From the NCBI RefSeq assembly GCF_009914755.1, contig NC_060940.1: a stretch of 64,000 nt of DNA; one strand, given 5' to 3'. The notes beneath the pieces are model-generated. The model saw only the letters and a list, made by a program, of their open reading frames with translations. It was not told the DNA's origin and ran no database searches. This DNA comes from the human T2T-CHM13v2.0 reference genome, Homo sapiens. A program made the position numbers and the translations under genes. This document shows positions 42,656 to 58,846 of the stretch, one piece after another (position 1 is the first letter of the stretch; each line of letters begins with the position of its first letter).

Positions 42656-43009
42656 TATTCTGTTTTCTCAAAACTGCAAATCCAAACGCATTTATTTCAA
42701 AAAGGAACTTTATGTCCCTAAGGAGGAGGAAAGCCAGACATCCCTGCCATAAATAAAGGATGGCCCTGAAAATGAGCAGTTAACTACAGTGAGCATGCTT
42801 TTCCCTATTTGATTGTTAGGTGGTGAGCAGATGCAGTGTTGCTTATCTTTGAGGCACCCAGTGGGAAAGCTCTTCCCTTTTCCATTCTCTTCCACACCAC
42901 CTGATTGTATCAAGGAGAGTCTCAGCTTGGTGTGGGCCTGTCCAGCACCTGCTAATCTTCTCATTTAACAGACAGATCCAGGCCTGCAGCACAGAGCCCT
43001 GGGCGGGTA

Positions 43010-43255
43010 GTGATGTCTAGCTAGAGCTTAATCACATCGCTTTGCTTTTATTGTGTTTATTTTTAGTTACATTCTCCTTATCAAGAGATACTAACTTTCC
43101 ATTTACATCAGTGCTGTAAAGTTGACTTTTAAAAATTATTGAAGTAAAAAATGTGAGTCGACTTAAGGGAAAATATTAACGAAATAGTGGAACAGTGGCA
43201 TGTGCTCCGGTAAGCACCATGCTCACTAGAATGGCTAATGTTCGGGAAGCAGTGC
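43010..43255. mobile_element. Charlie-type DNA transposon relic; similar relic at ~49300-49710
   Basis: Both share ttttccattta(c/t)at(c/t)ag(t/c)g and tgagtc(g/a)a motifs; family assignment from memory. Confidence 0.45.
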
Positions 43256-43529
43256 TGGGCAGGATGGGGTTCTGCAGGAGGCAGTGAGAAAGTCTGGGGC
43301 TTTTTCCTCTTCTCCATAATCTAACAAGGCACATGACCACAGGCAAGCCACTTCACCTCTCTGAAATCTGTTTGTCTCATCTGTAGAGTGGAGACAATAA
43401 TCTCGGCCCAGAACTCCCGTCTCACCTTGAAGTTGTGGTTACGGAGCAGAAAGATGAATGTGAAAGTGCCTTGTAAACAATAATTATTATGCGTAATTTA
43501 ATGGTCATTTCTGTACTTGTCTAGCTTCT

Positions 43530-44052
43530 ATTTCTCTCTCCTCTTTCCCTTTTTCCTCCTTTCTATTCCTCCTCCCTTCTCCCCCGCTTCTTCCTCCTCC
43601 TCTTTTCTCCTCCCCCTTCTCACTCCTCTCCTTCCTCCTCCTCCTTCCCCCTCCTCCTTCTTCCTCCTCCTGCTCTTCCTCCTTCTTCATCTTCCTCCTA
43701 CTGTTTCCTCCTCCTCCTTCCTCCTCCTGCTCTTCCTCCTTCTTCATCTTCCTCCTACTGTTTCCTCCTCCTCCTTCCTCCTCCTGCTCTTCCTCCTTCT
43801 TCATCTTCCTCCTACTGTTTCCTCCTCCTCCTTCCTCCTCCTGCTCTTCCTCCTACTTCGTCTTCCTCCTACTCTTTCCTCCTTCAGCCCCCCATATCCC
43901 TCTCCTCCTCTTATTCCTTCTCCCTCTTCCTTCTTCTCTTCTTTCCTCCTGCTCCTCACTCCTCTTTCTTCTCCTCCTCCCTCCTCCTCCTTCCTTTCCT
44001 TCTCCTTTTTCCTCCCTCCTTCTCCTTCTCCCTCCTCCTCCTCCTCCCTCCT
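43530..44052. repeat. ~520-bp polypyrimidine (CCT/CTT) tract containing ~4 copies of a 57-bp unit (~43655-43885)
   Basis: ttcat recurs at 43686, 43743 and 43800 (period 57). Confidence 0.95.
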
Positions 44053-44142
44053 CCAATATACAGTCTTTCTGCTTTCTTCTTGATTCCCCATTTACTCATC
44101 TTTCTGGAGCTATGAAAGGATATCATGCAGGCAGTTGGGTAG

Positions 44143-44538
44143 TGAGATGGTTTGGATATTTGTCCCCACTCAAATCTCATCCCCACCCAACAATGGGGAT
44201 TGCAATTCAACATGAGATGGGGCCTAGTTGGAGGTGTTTGGGTCTTGCGGGGTGGATCCATCATGGCTTAGTGCTGGTGAGTGAGCTCTTGTGAGATCTG
44301 GTTAAATGTGTGGCACCTCCCCTCCCCTCCTGCTCCCACTCCCACCATGTGACACGCCTCCTCCTGCTTCACCTTCTGCCTTGATTGGAAGCTTCCAGAG
44401 GCCTCCCCAGAAACCCAGCAGAGGCCAGTGCCACACTTACTGTACAGCCTACAGAACTGTGAGCCAGTTAAACCTCTTCTTTATAAATTACTCAGCCTCA
44501 GGTATTTGTTTATAGTAATGCAAGAATGGCCTAACACA
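44143..44538 (+). mobile_element. MST-family MaLR solo LTR
   Basis: tgagatggtttggatatttgtcccc...cagaactgtgagccagttaaacctc...tggcctaacaca; TSD GGTAG at 44138-44142 and 44539-44543. Confidence 0.9.
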
Positions 44539-45570
44539 GGTAGAAACTAAAACGAAAGCCATGAGTCCTTGCTGGAGGTACTAGAAATAATTTGGGCTGG
44601 CTGCTCAGGGACACCTCCCGCAGCCTTTCTGTATCAGACTCCACCCCCAGGCCACAGCAATTGGCCCTGTGTCAGGCACATGGCTCATATTGGGCCAATC
44701 AGAGTCCAGCTCCAGCTATTTCCCACTGGCGCAGGTGGGTGACCCCACTCTTCCCCAGGAGGGGGCCTGGGGGCTGTGATTGAGGTACCGGGGAGTGGGG
44801 GCCGATGGAGCTGACTGAGAGGCCCCCGTAAGAAGGCTTTTCCCTTTTCCATTCTCTCCAGTGGCGTCTGACTATAGACGCAGGGGCTCAGTTTGGTAGT
44901 TCCTTTTTTGTTTCTTGGAGAGGAAAAACAGAGGGGAGAGAGGGAGAGAGAGAACAACATTTGAGTCTCCAAGGCCCACTCCGCTCCTGCTATTTGATTA
45001 AAGAACTTGATACATTCTTTAACCCCGATATTTGATTAAAGAAGTTGATAAATTCTGAAGCTGGCTCGCTTAAGCCAGTTTCTGTTTCATTTTTGTCACC
45101 GTCAATCCAGAGTCCTGACTAAATACATCTGTTAACGTTACACTTCAAAGTACATATTGAACAATTCATTTGGTGGCTAGAAAATAGGGCGTCTGTGGAC
45201 AGACGTTGGGTGGGTCTGGCTGCTTTGCGCTGGCCTCCTGAAGTGCTCTGGAGAGAGGAGCTGCATTCTTGTTCAGGTATTTGACTTTTAAATGTCTTCA
45301 GCATCGTTGCCAGCAGCTGGTTCCTGCGATAGCCTGTTCGGGCTCGTACGTTTTCATCACCTCACTACGTGTTTTCATGTTTGTGCCATTTCTTTCTCAC
45401 AGTGTCCCTTTGATATGGTCAAGAACGATGGATGGATTGATTAATTAATTTGACCAAGCAACATTTGTGGATCACCTGCCAAAAGTTGGGGAACCTTGGG
45501 GGATAAGGATGTAAGACAGAATTTCTGTAGCCAAGTAGGGAGGTTAAGGAATATGGCCCTAACACTCAAG

Positions 45571-45631
45571 TATTAGGTTGATGCAAACCTAATTGCGGTT
45601 TTTGCCATTACTGCATTTACGTTTGCACCAA
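45571..45631. mobile_element. MADE1 mariner MITE, partial
   Basis: tattaggttgatgcaaacctaattgcggtttttgccatta...tttgcaccaa. Confidence 0.8.
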
Positions 45632-45678
45632 AATGATATCGTTATCCATTTAATAAAAAAAAAAAACTGAGGCAATGA

Positions 45679-46051
<373 letters not shown>

Positions 46052-46639
46052 AGGCCATATCTCTTAACCTCCCTACTGGAGTCTTTCCACTTCAGCCTGC
46101 TTGCCATTTTGCAGTGTTTGAAAGATACCCACTCTTAGATATTTCTCTTGATCTAAAGTAGGGTGTCTGTGTCAGACCCCACCCCTGGGCCACAGCGATT
46201 GGCCCTGCGTCAGGCACATGACTCATTTGGAGCCAATCAGAGTCAAGCTCTGGCCTGTTCCCACTGGTGCAGGTGGGTGACCCTGCTTGACTATGCCAAT
46301 TTAGGCAGATCTGTGGATGTCTCTGGGCCCTGCACTCCTAACTGTGAAACAAAGCATTGGATACATAGGACTCATGACTTGCAGCCTATGAGTGTGAGCA
46401 CTCAAGCCTTGGCAGTTTTATTTGGTTCAACAATATTTTTAAATACACTGTATCTAGGCAGATCTTATACTTGGTAGCCATTTGAGCCACTTAGCATCTA
46501 TTGCCTTATGCTTGGCCTACTTCAGTCATTTTTGTTATCTTCCTGGCCCTTACAGACTTATGAGTTTGCAACCCCTGGACCACTAGGTAGTCTCTGGCAT
46601 ATGTTCTATTCTTGACCTTGCTAGTATTAAATCTTAGTT

Positions 46640-47560
<921 letters not shown>

Positions 47561-47799
47561 ATCCTGTTCCTCTATTTCTTACTCTTTGGGGGGCTACATA
47601 AGCACATGCTTTGCCCCCCTTCTCTCCCAACACACAGTAAAGTGCCTGGCACATAGCAGGTGTTCAGCAAACACAGCTAGTGGTTGAGGAACGAATACTG
47701 AAGAAATCCCTCTTCCCATCTCACCGTCATGACAGTCACTGCCAGCAGTCTCGTTGCCATCACAGATGACGCTTGAGGAGATCTCCCTAAGGACATTGT

Positions 47800-48171
47800 T
47801 GTATCAGTCCGTTCTCACACTGCTAATAAAGACCTACCCAAGACTGGGTAATTTATAAAGGAAAGAGGTTTAATTGACTCACAGTTCTGCAGGGCTGGGG
47901 AGGCCCCAGGAAACTTACAATCATGGCGGAAGGGGAAGCAAACATGTTCTCCTTCACATGGTTGCAGCAAGGAGAAATGCCCAGCAATGGAGCGGGGGAT
48001 GCCTCTTAAAAACTATCAGATCTTGTGAAAACTCACTATCAAGAGAACAGCATGGAGGTAACCACCCCATGATTCAATCGCCTCCCACTGGGTCCCTCCC
48101 ATAACACATGGGGATTATGGGAACTACAATTCAAGATGAGATTTGGGTGGGGACACAACCAAACCATATCA
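47800..48171 (-). mobile_element. THE1C-like MaLR solo LTR
   Basis: tgtatcagtccgttctcacactgct...gagatttgggtggggacacaaccaaaccatatca; flanks attgt/atcat are consistent with a CpG-decayed ATCGT TSD. Confidence 0.92.
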
Positions 48172-48769
48172 ATCATCTTCTCTAATATTCACGGAGGCTG
48201 TTGAGGCTGGTATCAGTGTACCCATTTCACAGGTGAGGAAGCTGAGGCTCAGCACAGGTGACCTCCTGCCAGCGTATTTCTAGCTGGGTCACGGATCTGC
48301 CCAAGGCCGTGCACTCAGCCCCAACACTGTCTGCTTCTGGGCACTTTAATGCCTTAGGTTCATCCTGGCAATCCGTTTTTCAGACAGCTCTTGGCAGCTT
48401 GTCTGCTCTGTGGCATTGTTTGCAGAAACAAGAGCACTGCTAGACCGTTTGGCTTCCCCTGGGATGTCTCCAGGGGCTACAGTCTGTTTATAAATGGACC
48501 CTGGGCCTTTTCCTTTACTGGCCTCTATTGACAAATAAATGACTGACTCACCAGAGTAAAAATACACTTCTGGTTGGAGCTGTGTAGAGTTATTAAAAGT
48601 TTGTTGTGTCTACTCTGATGGTACAGCCACTGTCCTGGGAGAGGGCAGCCGACAGGGCTGTAGGACAAATGCAGCTCAACATCTTTTCTCCTGACTCAGT
48701 CATACATTTTAGGTCAGGGGGACAAGTTTCCAGGGATCAGTTCCCCCTCTGGTGGTTTAGCAGGGTGGC

Positions 48770-48930
48770 AGGGAGGCAGGGCTTTGGGTCTGGAGCCAGG
48801 AGACCTGGGCAGTGCTGCAGCTCTGTCATTTCCTAGCAGAATGACCCTGGGCAAGTCACCTAACCTCCTTGAGCCCTGCCTTCCTTCTGCCTGCAAAATG
48901 GCAATCACACACCTTGCCTCTCAGGGTTTC
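48770..48930 (+). mobile_element. MIR; another fragment on - at ~48175-48320
   Basis: tgaccctgggcaagtcacctaacctccttgagcc...ctgcaaaatgg. Confidence 0.75.
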
Positions 48931-50199
48931 GAGAAGGAGCCAACAAGGATGGATGCAAACACAATTTCAAACAAGTTGCCTTAGTGACATGTTGGGATAG
49001 GAAGGGTTGGCCTGATGTGAGCTGGGAGAGGAGAGCTGGTCAATCACAGAAATCTTTTGGGAATTGGGATGCTGTAGTTTGGAGATGTCAGTGTGTGGCA
49101 GGTGCTGTCCAGCCCCCATCCCGTGTTTGTGGCAGACATTGCTAATCGATTATCGTGTCTTTCCTGCTGGGGCTGCAAATGGAATTGTATCACACGGTGT
49201 GCAGTCTTTGGGGATCTTTCTCAGGATAAGCGCCAGGAAGTCACCCTCAATTGGTTAGAGTTGGCAGGGAAGTCGAAACCTATCTGCAGTTCTTGCTAAA
49301 GATCAGTGTGTCCCAAGTTCTGAGCCACATTCTACTGGGCATTCCTCAGATGGTTTAGGTGGGATGTCAGGGCTTATGTTTAATGGAATTGGCTTAAAAA
49401 TGCAGGAAGTTATTTCCTTTCACTCCTTCTTTAAGATTTCTGATGATCTGATTGCCCTGCTATGCCTTTACCCCCTCTCTTACCACTTGTTCATCTGCAT
49501 TTTTAACAAAAAGAGATGAGTCTCAGCTCAGAGCTGAGGGCAGCCAGCGTGTCTCGCTAGATACTGATAAACGTTGTTTTGTTTTCGTGGCATTTATTTA
49601 TATACACTGTGACTTTCTCTTGGTGGCACCCCAGGGTAGGTTTTCCATTTATATTAGCGATGTGAAGATTTCTTCTAAAGTGAGTTTAGTTGGATGAAAG
49701 TGAGTCAATTTAGGGAAGGGTGTCAGTGACCAGGAGTGCTGGTGACTACGTCAAGTCTCCTGAAGGATCTGCCACCATGCTGGCCATGGCTGGGATTCTG
49801 AAGGTCACACATGAATCCCTGATGTTTGGAAAATACAGTCCTGAGCTCTGGGGATCTGGGGGAGAGCGTGAGCGTGACAGGAGTGGGCTTCAGTGGGATT
49901 CCCGGGTAGAGAGTGGGAGGAATGGGGCTACTGGGAGGGCCGGGCAGGGTGAGGTGGCTCTCCAGGGCTGCCAGGGTGGCCGTGAGGGTGGGGAGGACGC
50001 TGGGGCTTGTTATTGCTGGGTTTAAGGGGTGAGAAAGAGTGGGAAGTCTGGGATGTCCCCCAGGATTGGTGCCTTGGTGACGAGTTTCCTGGATGTGCCG
50101 CTCCACTCGCCAGTGTGTTTCCTGGGAAGCAAGGAGGAAGCAGTGATGTGCCACCTCCCATGAGGTTTTGCTATTTCCAGACTTAAACCTTTTTTTCTT

Positions 50200-50610
50200 T
50201 AGATTTTCATATTTAATTGTGGTAAAATACATGTAACAAAATTTACCATCTTAACCATTTCGAAGTGCACAGTTCAGGACCCACCATTCCTCTTTCTGTC
50301 TCTATGACTGTGACCACTTTAGAAAACTCAAAAAGGTGCAGTCTTTGTCTTTTTGTGTCTGCCTTACTTCACTCAGTATCACGTCCTCAGGGTTCATCCA
50401 TGCCGTGGCCTGGGTCAGGATCTTCTTCCTTTTCCAAGGCTGGATAACACGCCACTGTAAGTATATGCCACATTTTACTCCGTCCATCTGAGGGCATGTA
50501 GGCTGCTTCCACCTTCTGGCTAATCACACTGCTATGGACATGGGTGTCCAAATATCTGTTCAAGTCCCTGCTTTCAGTTCCTTCTTGTCTAGGAATTGCT
50601 GGATCCTAGG
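50200..50610 (-). mobile_element. L1MB-like 3' end
   Basis: ttgtggtaaaatacatgtaacaaaatttaccatcttaaccatt...aagtgcacagttca...ggttcatccatg. Confidence 0.8.
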
Positions 50611-50729
50611 ACCAGACTTCAATCTTTAAACCCCACAGGATGAATCTCTAATGACGAAACTCAGGAGTGAGATTGGCCTCAGGTGGCAGATGTCATAGGG
50701 GAGAAAGAGCTTTCCCAGCAGCCCTTCAG

Positions 50730-51130
50730 TCACCAGATGTGCGTCCCCAGGAGCAGAGCCTGGGGCAAGGATTTGGGTGCAAGGAGTTTATTTGCAAGGT
50801 GGCCCCAGGAAGTGCCCATATGGGAGTGGGGAAGGGAGGCAGGGAAGGGATGGAGCCAATAGGGGTGCATTAATGAGGGGGTCGCTGTGAGGGCACCTGG
50901 ACTCAGCCCTACTGGGGACCTCGGGAGGTCACAGCACAGGCCTCAGCATTGTCCCATGCTGGGACAGGCTGCAGGAGCACGGACTGCCTCCGGCTTGTCA
51001 GCGGCTGAGGGCTGCTCTGGGGTGGGGTTGTGCTTCCCAGCCCTTCCTGGCAGGAACGAGGCCTCAGCACCCGTGGCCAGGAACATCCTCAGCAGGTCTC
51101 AGGAGCTTGTGGTGGGAAGCCATTGTTGTG
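50730..51130. mobile_element. Old ERVL-type LTR relic (LTR16-like)
   Basis: cagagcctggggcaaggatttgggtgcaaggagtttatttg...gggagtggggaagggaggcagggaagg. Confidence 0.5.
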
Positions 51131-52735
51131 GACAGGCAGTGGGAGAGGTGGCCAGCAAGCCCTGCCAGAGGCTCCCTGACTCTGGAGGCTCCAGCTGGAG
51201 TTGAGCTGCGTTCAAAGTTCACCAAGGTCAGGGGCCCTTCTGCTCTCAGCTCCCCTTCAACAGGCTGGAGTCCAGCACAGGGACCTCCTTTCGATGATCC
51301 GGAGGATTTAACCTGTGACAGTGGGCTGCAAAACCAACGTTCTGGAAAGACCGTGGATTGCATTCATCCTGGGACCAGGAGGAGGAGATGCGTGCCCCTC
51401 TGCTCCTGCCATAGCCTCCCAGCACCCTGAGCCTGGGCTCAGCCTCAGGCTGTCTCACAGGGCACGGCCAGCTGCCACTCCATGATGCAAATGAGCAAAC
51501 TCTACCTTCCTCACTTCACAGCTGAGTCGTCTGTGGCCAGGGTAGACGGGTGGTTCAGCCGGGGCCACGGTGCTCTCAGGAAGCAAGGACACCTCTTGAA
51601 CCGAGGCCTCCTGCCTCCTGAGTACGGCCCTTTCCTGCAATGCTCAGGGCAGCAGCACAGCCCTTCTGTTGGCCTCGGGAGAAGCTTGGTGGTTGTTTAG
51701 TCTCCTGTAGTCTTCCGTGCCTGGAGACCAAGAGGCTAGGGCTCACCCTCTGGGCTGTGTGCGAGGATTTTGCAACTGTGGTGAGACACGATTTAACATT
51801 TTAGAGACAGAAATGGCCATCTGAAAAGGCTAAAATTATACGTTTTGGCCCCTTCTGTGACCTTTGGAAAGGCGCCCAGCTTCTGACAGTCTCTGATGCT
51901 GTTTGGGGGAGGAAATCTTATGTTGAAGAAAAGCATGTTGCTTTCATTCCATGTTGTAGCATCTGTTTTTGCATCTTTCATTTCAGAGCCCACACTCTAT
52001 TTCAAAGCCTTTCTCACTACCTCTAAGAGGGACAGCCAAGGACATTCAGGTGGAATGAGCCCACACATTCTTTCCAGAAGGACATAAAGAGGAAAAAATT
52101 ATTACTTTTACCTCCAAAATACCTTGCAAGAATATGCTTTCCTGCAGTGATTTGAAAAATCCTCCCAGTTAAGTTCTCTTATCAGGAAGGGATATTATCC
52201 CCTAGTAATCAGAGAGCAGAGACAGACGAGTTGTCCGATTTGCAGAATAAGCACTTTCATGGGTTACTTGACTCTTAGGATACATCACTGCAGATCCCAC
52301 TGCAAGTGCTAGTTAGAATCTTGGAATCCGAACCAGATGCAAGCACCTTTTCATCTGGGAATTAAAAACAAAATCAAAACCCTAGCACCACATTTTACAA
52401 AATGTAGTTGAATTCATTGCAAAAATTATTGTTAATGGGTTATTTGTAAGAATAACTATGGATACTGATTGGCTCTGCTTTTTCTGTACCGTTCTTTCGA
52501 AGATTCGTGTTATGTCAGATGTGAATACATACACCAGTGGTTTGAACTACTGGGTGACTCAAATCCGTGGAGGGAAACAACACCTGGTCTCCTGGAGCAG
52601 CTGGGTGACCTTGAATCACATTGTACGCTGGATGTGAGCCTCTTCACTTATACACGATTTGGACTAAATCATCCTTCTAGTTACTATTCAATAAGAAGAA
52701 AATAAGTGTCAATGACGCAGAGATTTATTCTATGA

Positions 52736-53374
<639 letters not shown>

Positions 53375-53398
53375 TGAGGAATTCAAATTCGCCAATCA

Positions 53399-53857
<459 letters not shown>

Positions 53858-54237
53858 TCAGAGGGTTAGGACACAAAGTCTGGAGTACAGGAGCCACCGT
53901 GCCTCCCTCAGGGAAGCCACACACTCACACACACACATTGAATCACACACACACACTCACACACACATAGAATCACACACACACTCACACACACTGTTTA
54001 AGCCAGTTTGAGTTAGGTTTTTTCTCTTGCAACCAAAAGAGTTTTGACAATTGCTGAACTCATATTTTATCTACCGAAACTCATGCAAATGTTGCATTCT
54101 CTAATAACAGCTACACTTTCAGATTACTATAAAAATAATCTGCATATATGAGAGAGATGGCAGGGTTTATTGAGTAAACGTGCTGGTGTAATTGGTTATC
54201 CACATAGATTAAAAGTGAAATTGCATCTCTATTCTCA

Positions 54238-54238
<1 letters not shown>

Positions 54239-54278
<40 letters not shown>
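54239..54278. repeat. (CA)20 microsatellite; interrupted CA array also at ~53918-53992
   Basis: Read directly from the sequence. Confidence 0.95.
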
Positions 54279-54279
<1 letters not shown>

Positions 54280-54884
54280 CCCAGATGGATTAAGAACTAA
54301 AATGTAAAAAGCAAAACTTTAAAAGTTTTAGTGGAAAATGCAGGTGGATATATTCCTGACTTTGATACAGAAAAGGATCTCTTAAACAAGAATTAAAAAT
54401 GCCCCCTAAAAAAAGAAGACGGACAGAAGCAAGCCCCTCCAGACCAAACTCCTTAAGTAAAAGTGATGGTCCAGGCAGGGGGGCTGCCTTTGTTTTTAAC
54501 TCCAAGTCCAGGCTTGCATGTCCTGGTTTAGAGGCACGAAGCGAGAGTATCTGTCACATTCTCTTCGGGTTGTCTTTGTTTATGTAGAAGTCCAGCTTTG
54601 GAAATTTTTTTTCCTGTGTTGATACTTTTGAATTTTGTAAAATGCGCAGAAACCTGTAACCTGTGCTTTAGAATTTCGAAAGCTGCTGAATCTGGGTTGG
54701 CTCTGGGAGGCAAGTCCATGCAAGATGTCAAAGATCATTATAGCCTGACTACAAATGCATCAGTGTGACTTTAAGGGACTTGTAAAAAATGTCTCTTCTT
54801 TTCTAAAAGCTTGCCTGTTTGCACGAAGCACACCCTCTGAGATCTGTATGCTTGCTCCAGTCACTCAAACAAGCATTTCCATTT

Positions 54885-55225
54885 TAGTAGCTGCCAGGGC
54901 GGCCTAGGTTATGTGGCAGTAGCAAATCCCCTTTGGATGTCAGTGGCTTTCTATTTCTAGCTAGTACTGAGTGTCCCTTGCAGGTCAGCATGGCTGTGTT
55001 CCATGTTTTCTTCAGGTGTTCAACCCAGAACCCAGGAGGAGGAAGCCGCTTTCATTTGCAACATTGTTACCTGGAGCTGAGGGAAAAGGGCTTGGCGAAC
55101 TACGGTCTGGTTCTTAAAGTGACAGGCATTTCCACTCATATTTCATTAGGCCAAGCAAGTCATGTGGCCAAGCTGGACTTAAATGGGGCAGAGGTGTGTA
55201 ATTCTGTAGGAGGGAAACCAGAATT
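54885..55225 (-). mobile_element. Old MLT1 LTR
   Basis: ggttatgtggcagtagcaaa...ttccactcatatttcattaggccaagcaagtcatgtggcc. Confidence 0.6.
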
Positions 55226-56569
55226 TTTGGTGCACAGTGCTAAACTCTACTTTGCATTTCAAATTGTTTGTGAAATTGAGACGTGGGCTCTGATAGCAAA
55301 TAGACAACATTCACATAGTTTACAAGGTCTCACGTCTTTTCCACATGTTCCCTGAAGCATGTTCTATATGGCTTTTGTTCTGTACCCCCAGGGCTCGGCA
55401 TGCCAGCAGACACATGGCAGGGGCTCAGCCTGTGTTCCTTGCTAGGCAGGTATAGCTGGCCCCACTTTCCAGAGAAAAATTAAGACCCAGAGAAGCTCAA
55501 AGATAACACAGGCGACACAGAAAGGTTGATTTAGATTTTTTTTTTTTCTGCTACTTGGAGCGGCTTCCCAGGCATGTCTGCAGAGACACTTATTTTATTT
55601 GGGGAGCACTCTAAGGCCACGTAGATGTGTGGATCAGCCTCCCCTTGGCCTCCCGCTCCCTACAGCGACCACGACATGCTGAATCTGATGAATGCTGGCT
55701 ACTGCGGGCTTTTATGTTTATGTATGTGTGCACCTACGTATTTATGTCTAGTGGAGTTTTCAGTTTGGTTTTTTTGTGTATTTGATGTTGTCAGACACGT
55801 TGGTGTGAGGTCTTTGTTGGACTGGGGTGTGGACGTACATGATAAGTTATTATTATTCAGAATCATTTATTTTGCATGCTTCTGAATGACAGTAATAGTT
55901 GAGGCATGCTGGTTTCAGAAGGAATCCACTCATTCAGAAAATAAGACCCGGGGATCTTCAAAAGTGCAAATGGGATGGGAGGGTGTGTGAAGGCACCTGA
56001 GTATCTGATCAACAAAAATCCAAAGGATGATTTTTTGGTTGTTTGTTGTCTACTATATATGCCTCACCATCACCCCAGGTTTTGCTTATATTGAGGGACC
56101 TAATTTTTTTTTTATTCGTGAAATTATTAGAAAGCAAACTAGCACACAAGTGATCAACTCTGGTAATATTTGGCGCACTTCTTTACTTAAATTGGATTCA
56201 AAGCACTCAGTGAAGGCCTGGAAGATTCTTCTTGGTTCCTTCAAAGTGAAGTAAATGTAAATATTTACTATGCCTTAGTAGAGAAAGAAACAGTATCCAG
56301 GAGAATTAATAATAATAATAATAAACAACTTCTCCAAAGGTTTACAAAGTCCCAGCAGATGAGTTTCAAAGACTTTTTTGGTCATTTACTGACAGTAAAA
56401 TTAGTAAGTGTTTGTAAAAAATCCAAACATTACAGATGTAGAAAAGATTTTATTTTTAAAACATTTTATTCATCTCACTTTCTGGGATTTTAATCGGTGA
56501 TTTTATACTAATTATTTTTGTTCAGTTATATTGTATTTAAACATGTTTATAAATAAGTGACACACAGTT

Positions 56570-56878
<309 letters not shown>

Positions 56879-57690
56879 ACATACAGTTATTTTTAAAAAT
56901 TCAAATAACAATGAAATAAATCTATAATGTAGTGGGTATCAGTCCTCGCTCTCGGGATAACCACAGTTACAGACATTTGGAACATATTTGCATGAAAAAT
57001 CCAGCAGCTATTATTTTTATTTCTTTTTAATAAAAAATAGGAAATGACCTTACTTCCTGCTTTATTGCTTCTTTTTCACTTAATGATAGACTTTGGGCAT
57101 TTTCCATGATTACACACACGGATCTTTTGCTCTTTCGTGGCTGGGTGGTTTTCCCTGGATTGTAGTTCATTTAACCAATCCCTTTTTAGTGAATACTTGG
57201 GTTGCTTCCAGTTATTTGCTACGACAAATGGTGCTACAGTGAAAACCCTCGTATGGCTATTGGGCACATTTATGAGAGTGCCTTTCCAGATACATTTCTC
57301 GCAGAAGAACTCTAAGTCAAAGGAGAGGTAATTCTTTAAAGAAAACTTACTACATACAAGCATCTTGTCCTTCACACAGGTTGTTTGAACCAGTAGGTGC
57401 TCCCACATGGATTTTCTTATTCCATAACCTGTTTAACATCCTGTACCAATGAAGGGTGCCTTGAATGACAGCTTGCTTTTTCAGAAGTACCTACAGCCAT
57501 TGCTACAACAAAAAATTTTTTTTCCAAGAGAATCTTGACTGTGCCGTTAACATTACCTGCTATTGTCACTATTAAAGAGATAACAGCCACACTCTGTAAT
57601 GAGCACCACTGCTTCAGTGCTTGCCATACCTTACTGCGTCAGACGCCTCCTTCAGGGGCTCTTGAGCGCTTCATTCATCAGGATTAATTT

Positions 57691-58013
57691 TTATTTATTT
57701 ATTTATTCATTTATTTATTTATTTATTTTTGAGATGGAGGTTCACTCTTGTTGCCCAGGCTGGAGTACAATGGCTTGGTCTCGGCTCACTGCAACCTCCA
57801 CCCCCCAGGTTGAAGTGATTCTCCTGCCTCAGCCTCCCGAGTAGCTGGGATTACAGGCGCCCGCCACCATGCCCAGGTAATTTTTGTATTTTTAGTAGAG
57901 ATGGGGTTTCTCTGTGTTGGTCAGGCTGGTCTCGAACTCCCAACCTTCGGTGATCCGCCCGCCTCAGCCTCTCAAAGTGCTGGGATTACAGGCGTGAGCC
58001 ACACAGCCTGGCC
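57691..58013 (-). mobile_element. AluSp-like with (TTTA)n tail
   Basis: cactcttgttgcccagg...gttggtcaggctggtctcgaactccc; TSD atca(g/c)gattaat. Confidence 0.93.
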
Positions 58014-58429
58014 ATCACGATTAATCTTATAAGCAGAACGTACAATGCTGACAACTCAGCCTCGCTTTGCAGTGCCTTTCACATGCTGGTGTTATGACCG
58101 GAGGGCTCTGTCATATGGCCTGTGTGTGGCCTTTGAGAACTAGGTAGCCCCTTTTCCTGTTTAACTTTTGGGGTAAACACATTCTCATTTAAAAATAATG
58201 GAATGATAAGACTCTAGAGAAGGGCCTTCTCCTGGATGATGAGAAGTTCTTCTTGTAAAATCTCTGCAAAATGCGTCTGGGGTTGCCATATTGTTTTTTC
58301 AAATACAAAGAAACAGAATCATCTCTTTTTCCTGTGGCTTTGGTTGTTCTAGGAAGCCATCCATAACCCTCCCTCCATGCCTTTGTTCAAGCTATGTCTG
58401 TGCTTGTCTGTCTACCTCAATTCTATTGC

Positions 58430-58846
58430 ACGCTATAGGTTGGTTAAGTCCACAAGTCTTCCCTTCCTGCCCCAACCCCAACTGCCTGCAGGTGGAGTGA
58501 CTTTCTATCCCTTGAACTGGGACAGAAGTGGTGTACATGTTTCCCAGCTGAGCCTTTAGGGGACCTGTCCTTCTGGCCTCTGCCCCGAGAACAACATGCC
58601 CTGGGTGGCACTGCCCTTCAGCCTGGGTTTCAGAAAGAGATCCTGAACCTCAGGGAGCAAACTCGACCTTGACTTTGACCCACAGCCCAGGATCCAACCT
58701 GGCACAACTGAGCCCAGTAGAGATCAGCCAGGCCGCAGCCGCCCTTTTGTGTATTGTGAGCACAAAATACAATACCTTTTGTTAAGCCACTGTGATGAGG
58801 GCGGGACGTTATGTGGCGTGATTGCCGCAAAAATCAGACTAACACA
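58430..58846 (+). mobile_element. MLT1 (G/H-like) LTR
   Basis: gagaacaacatgccc...ttcagcctggg...ttaagccactg...gactaacaca. Confidence 0.65.

Noticed and set aside
43505-44264. ORFs with 19-aa repeats
   Set aside because: Translations of the 57-bp pyrimidine VNTR
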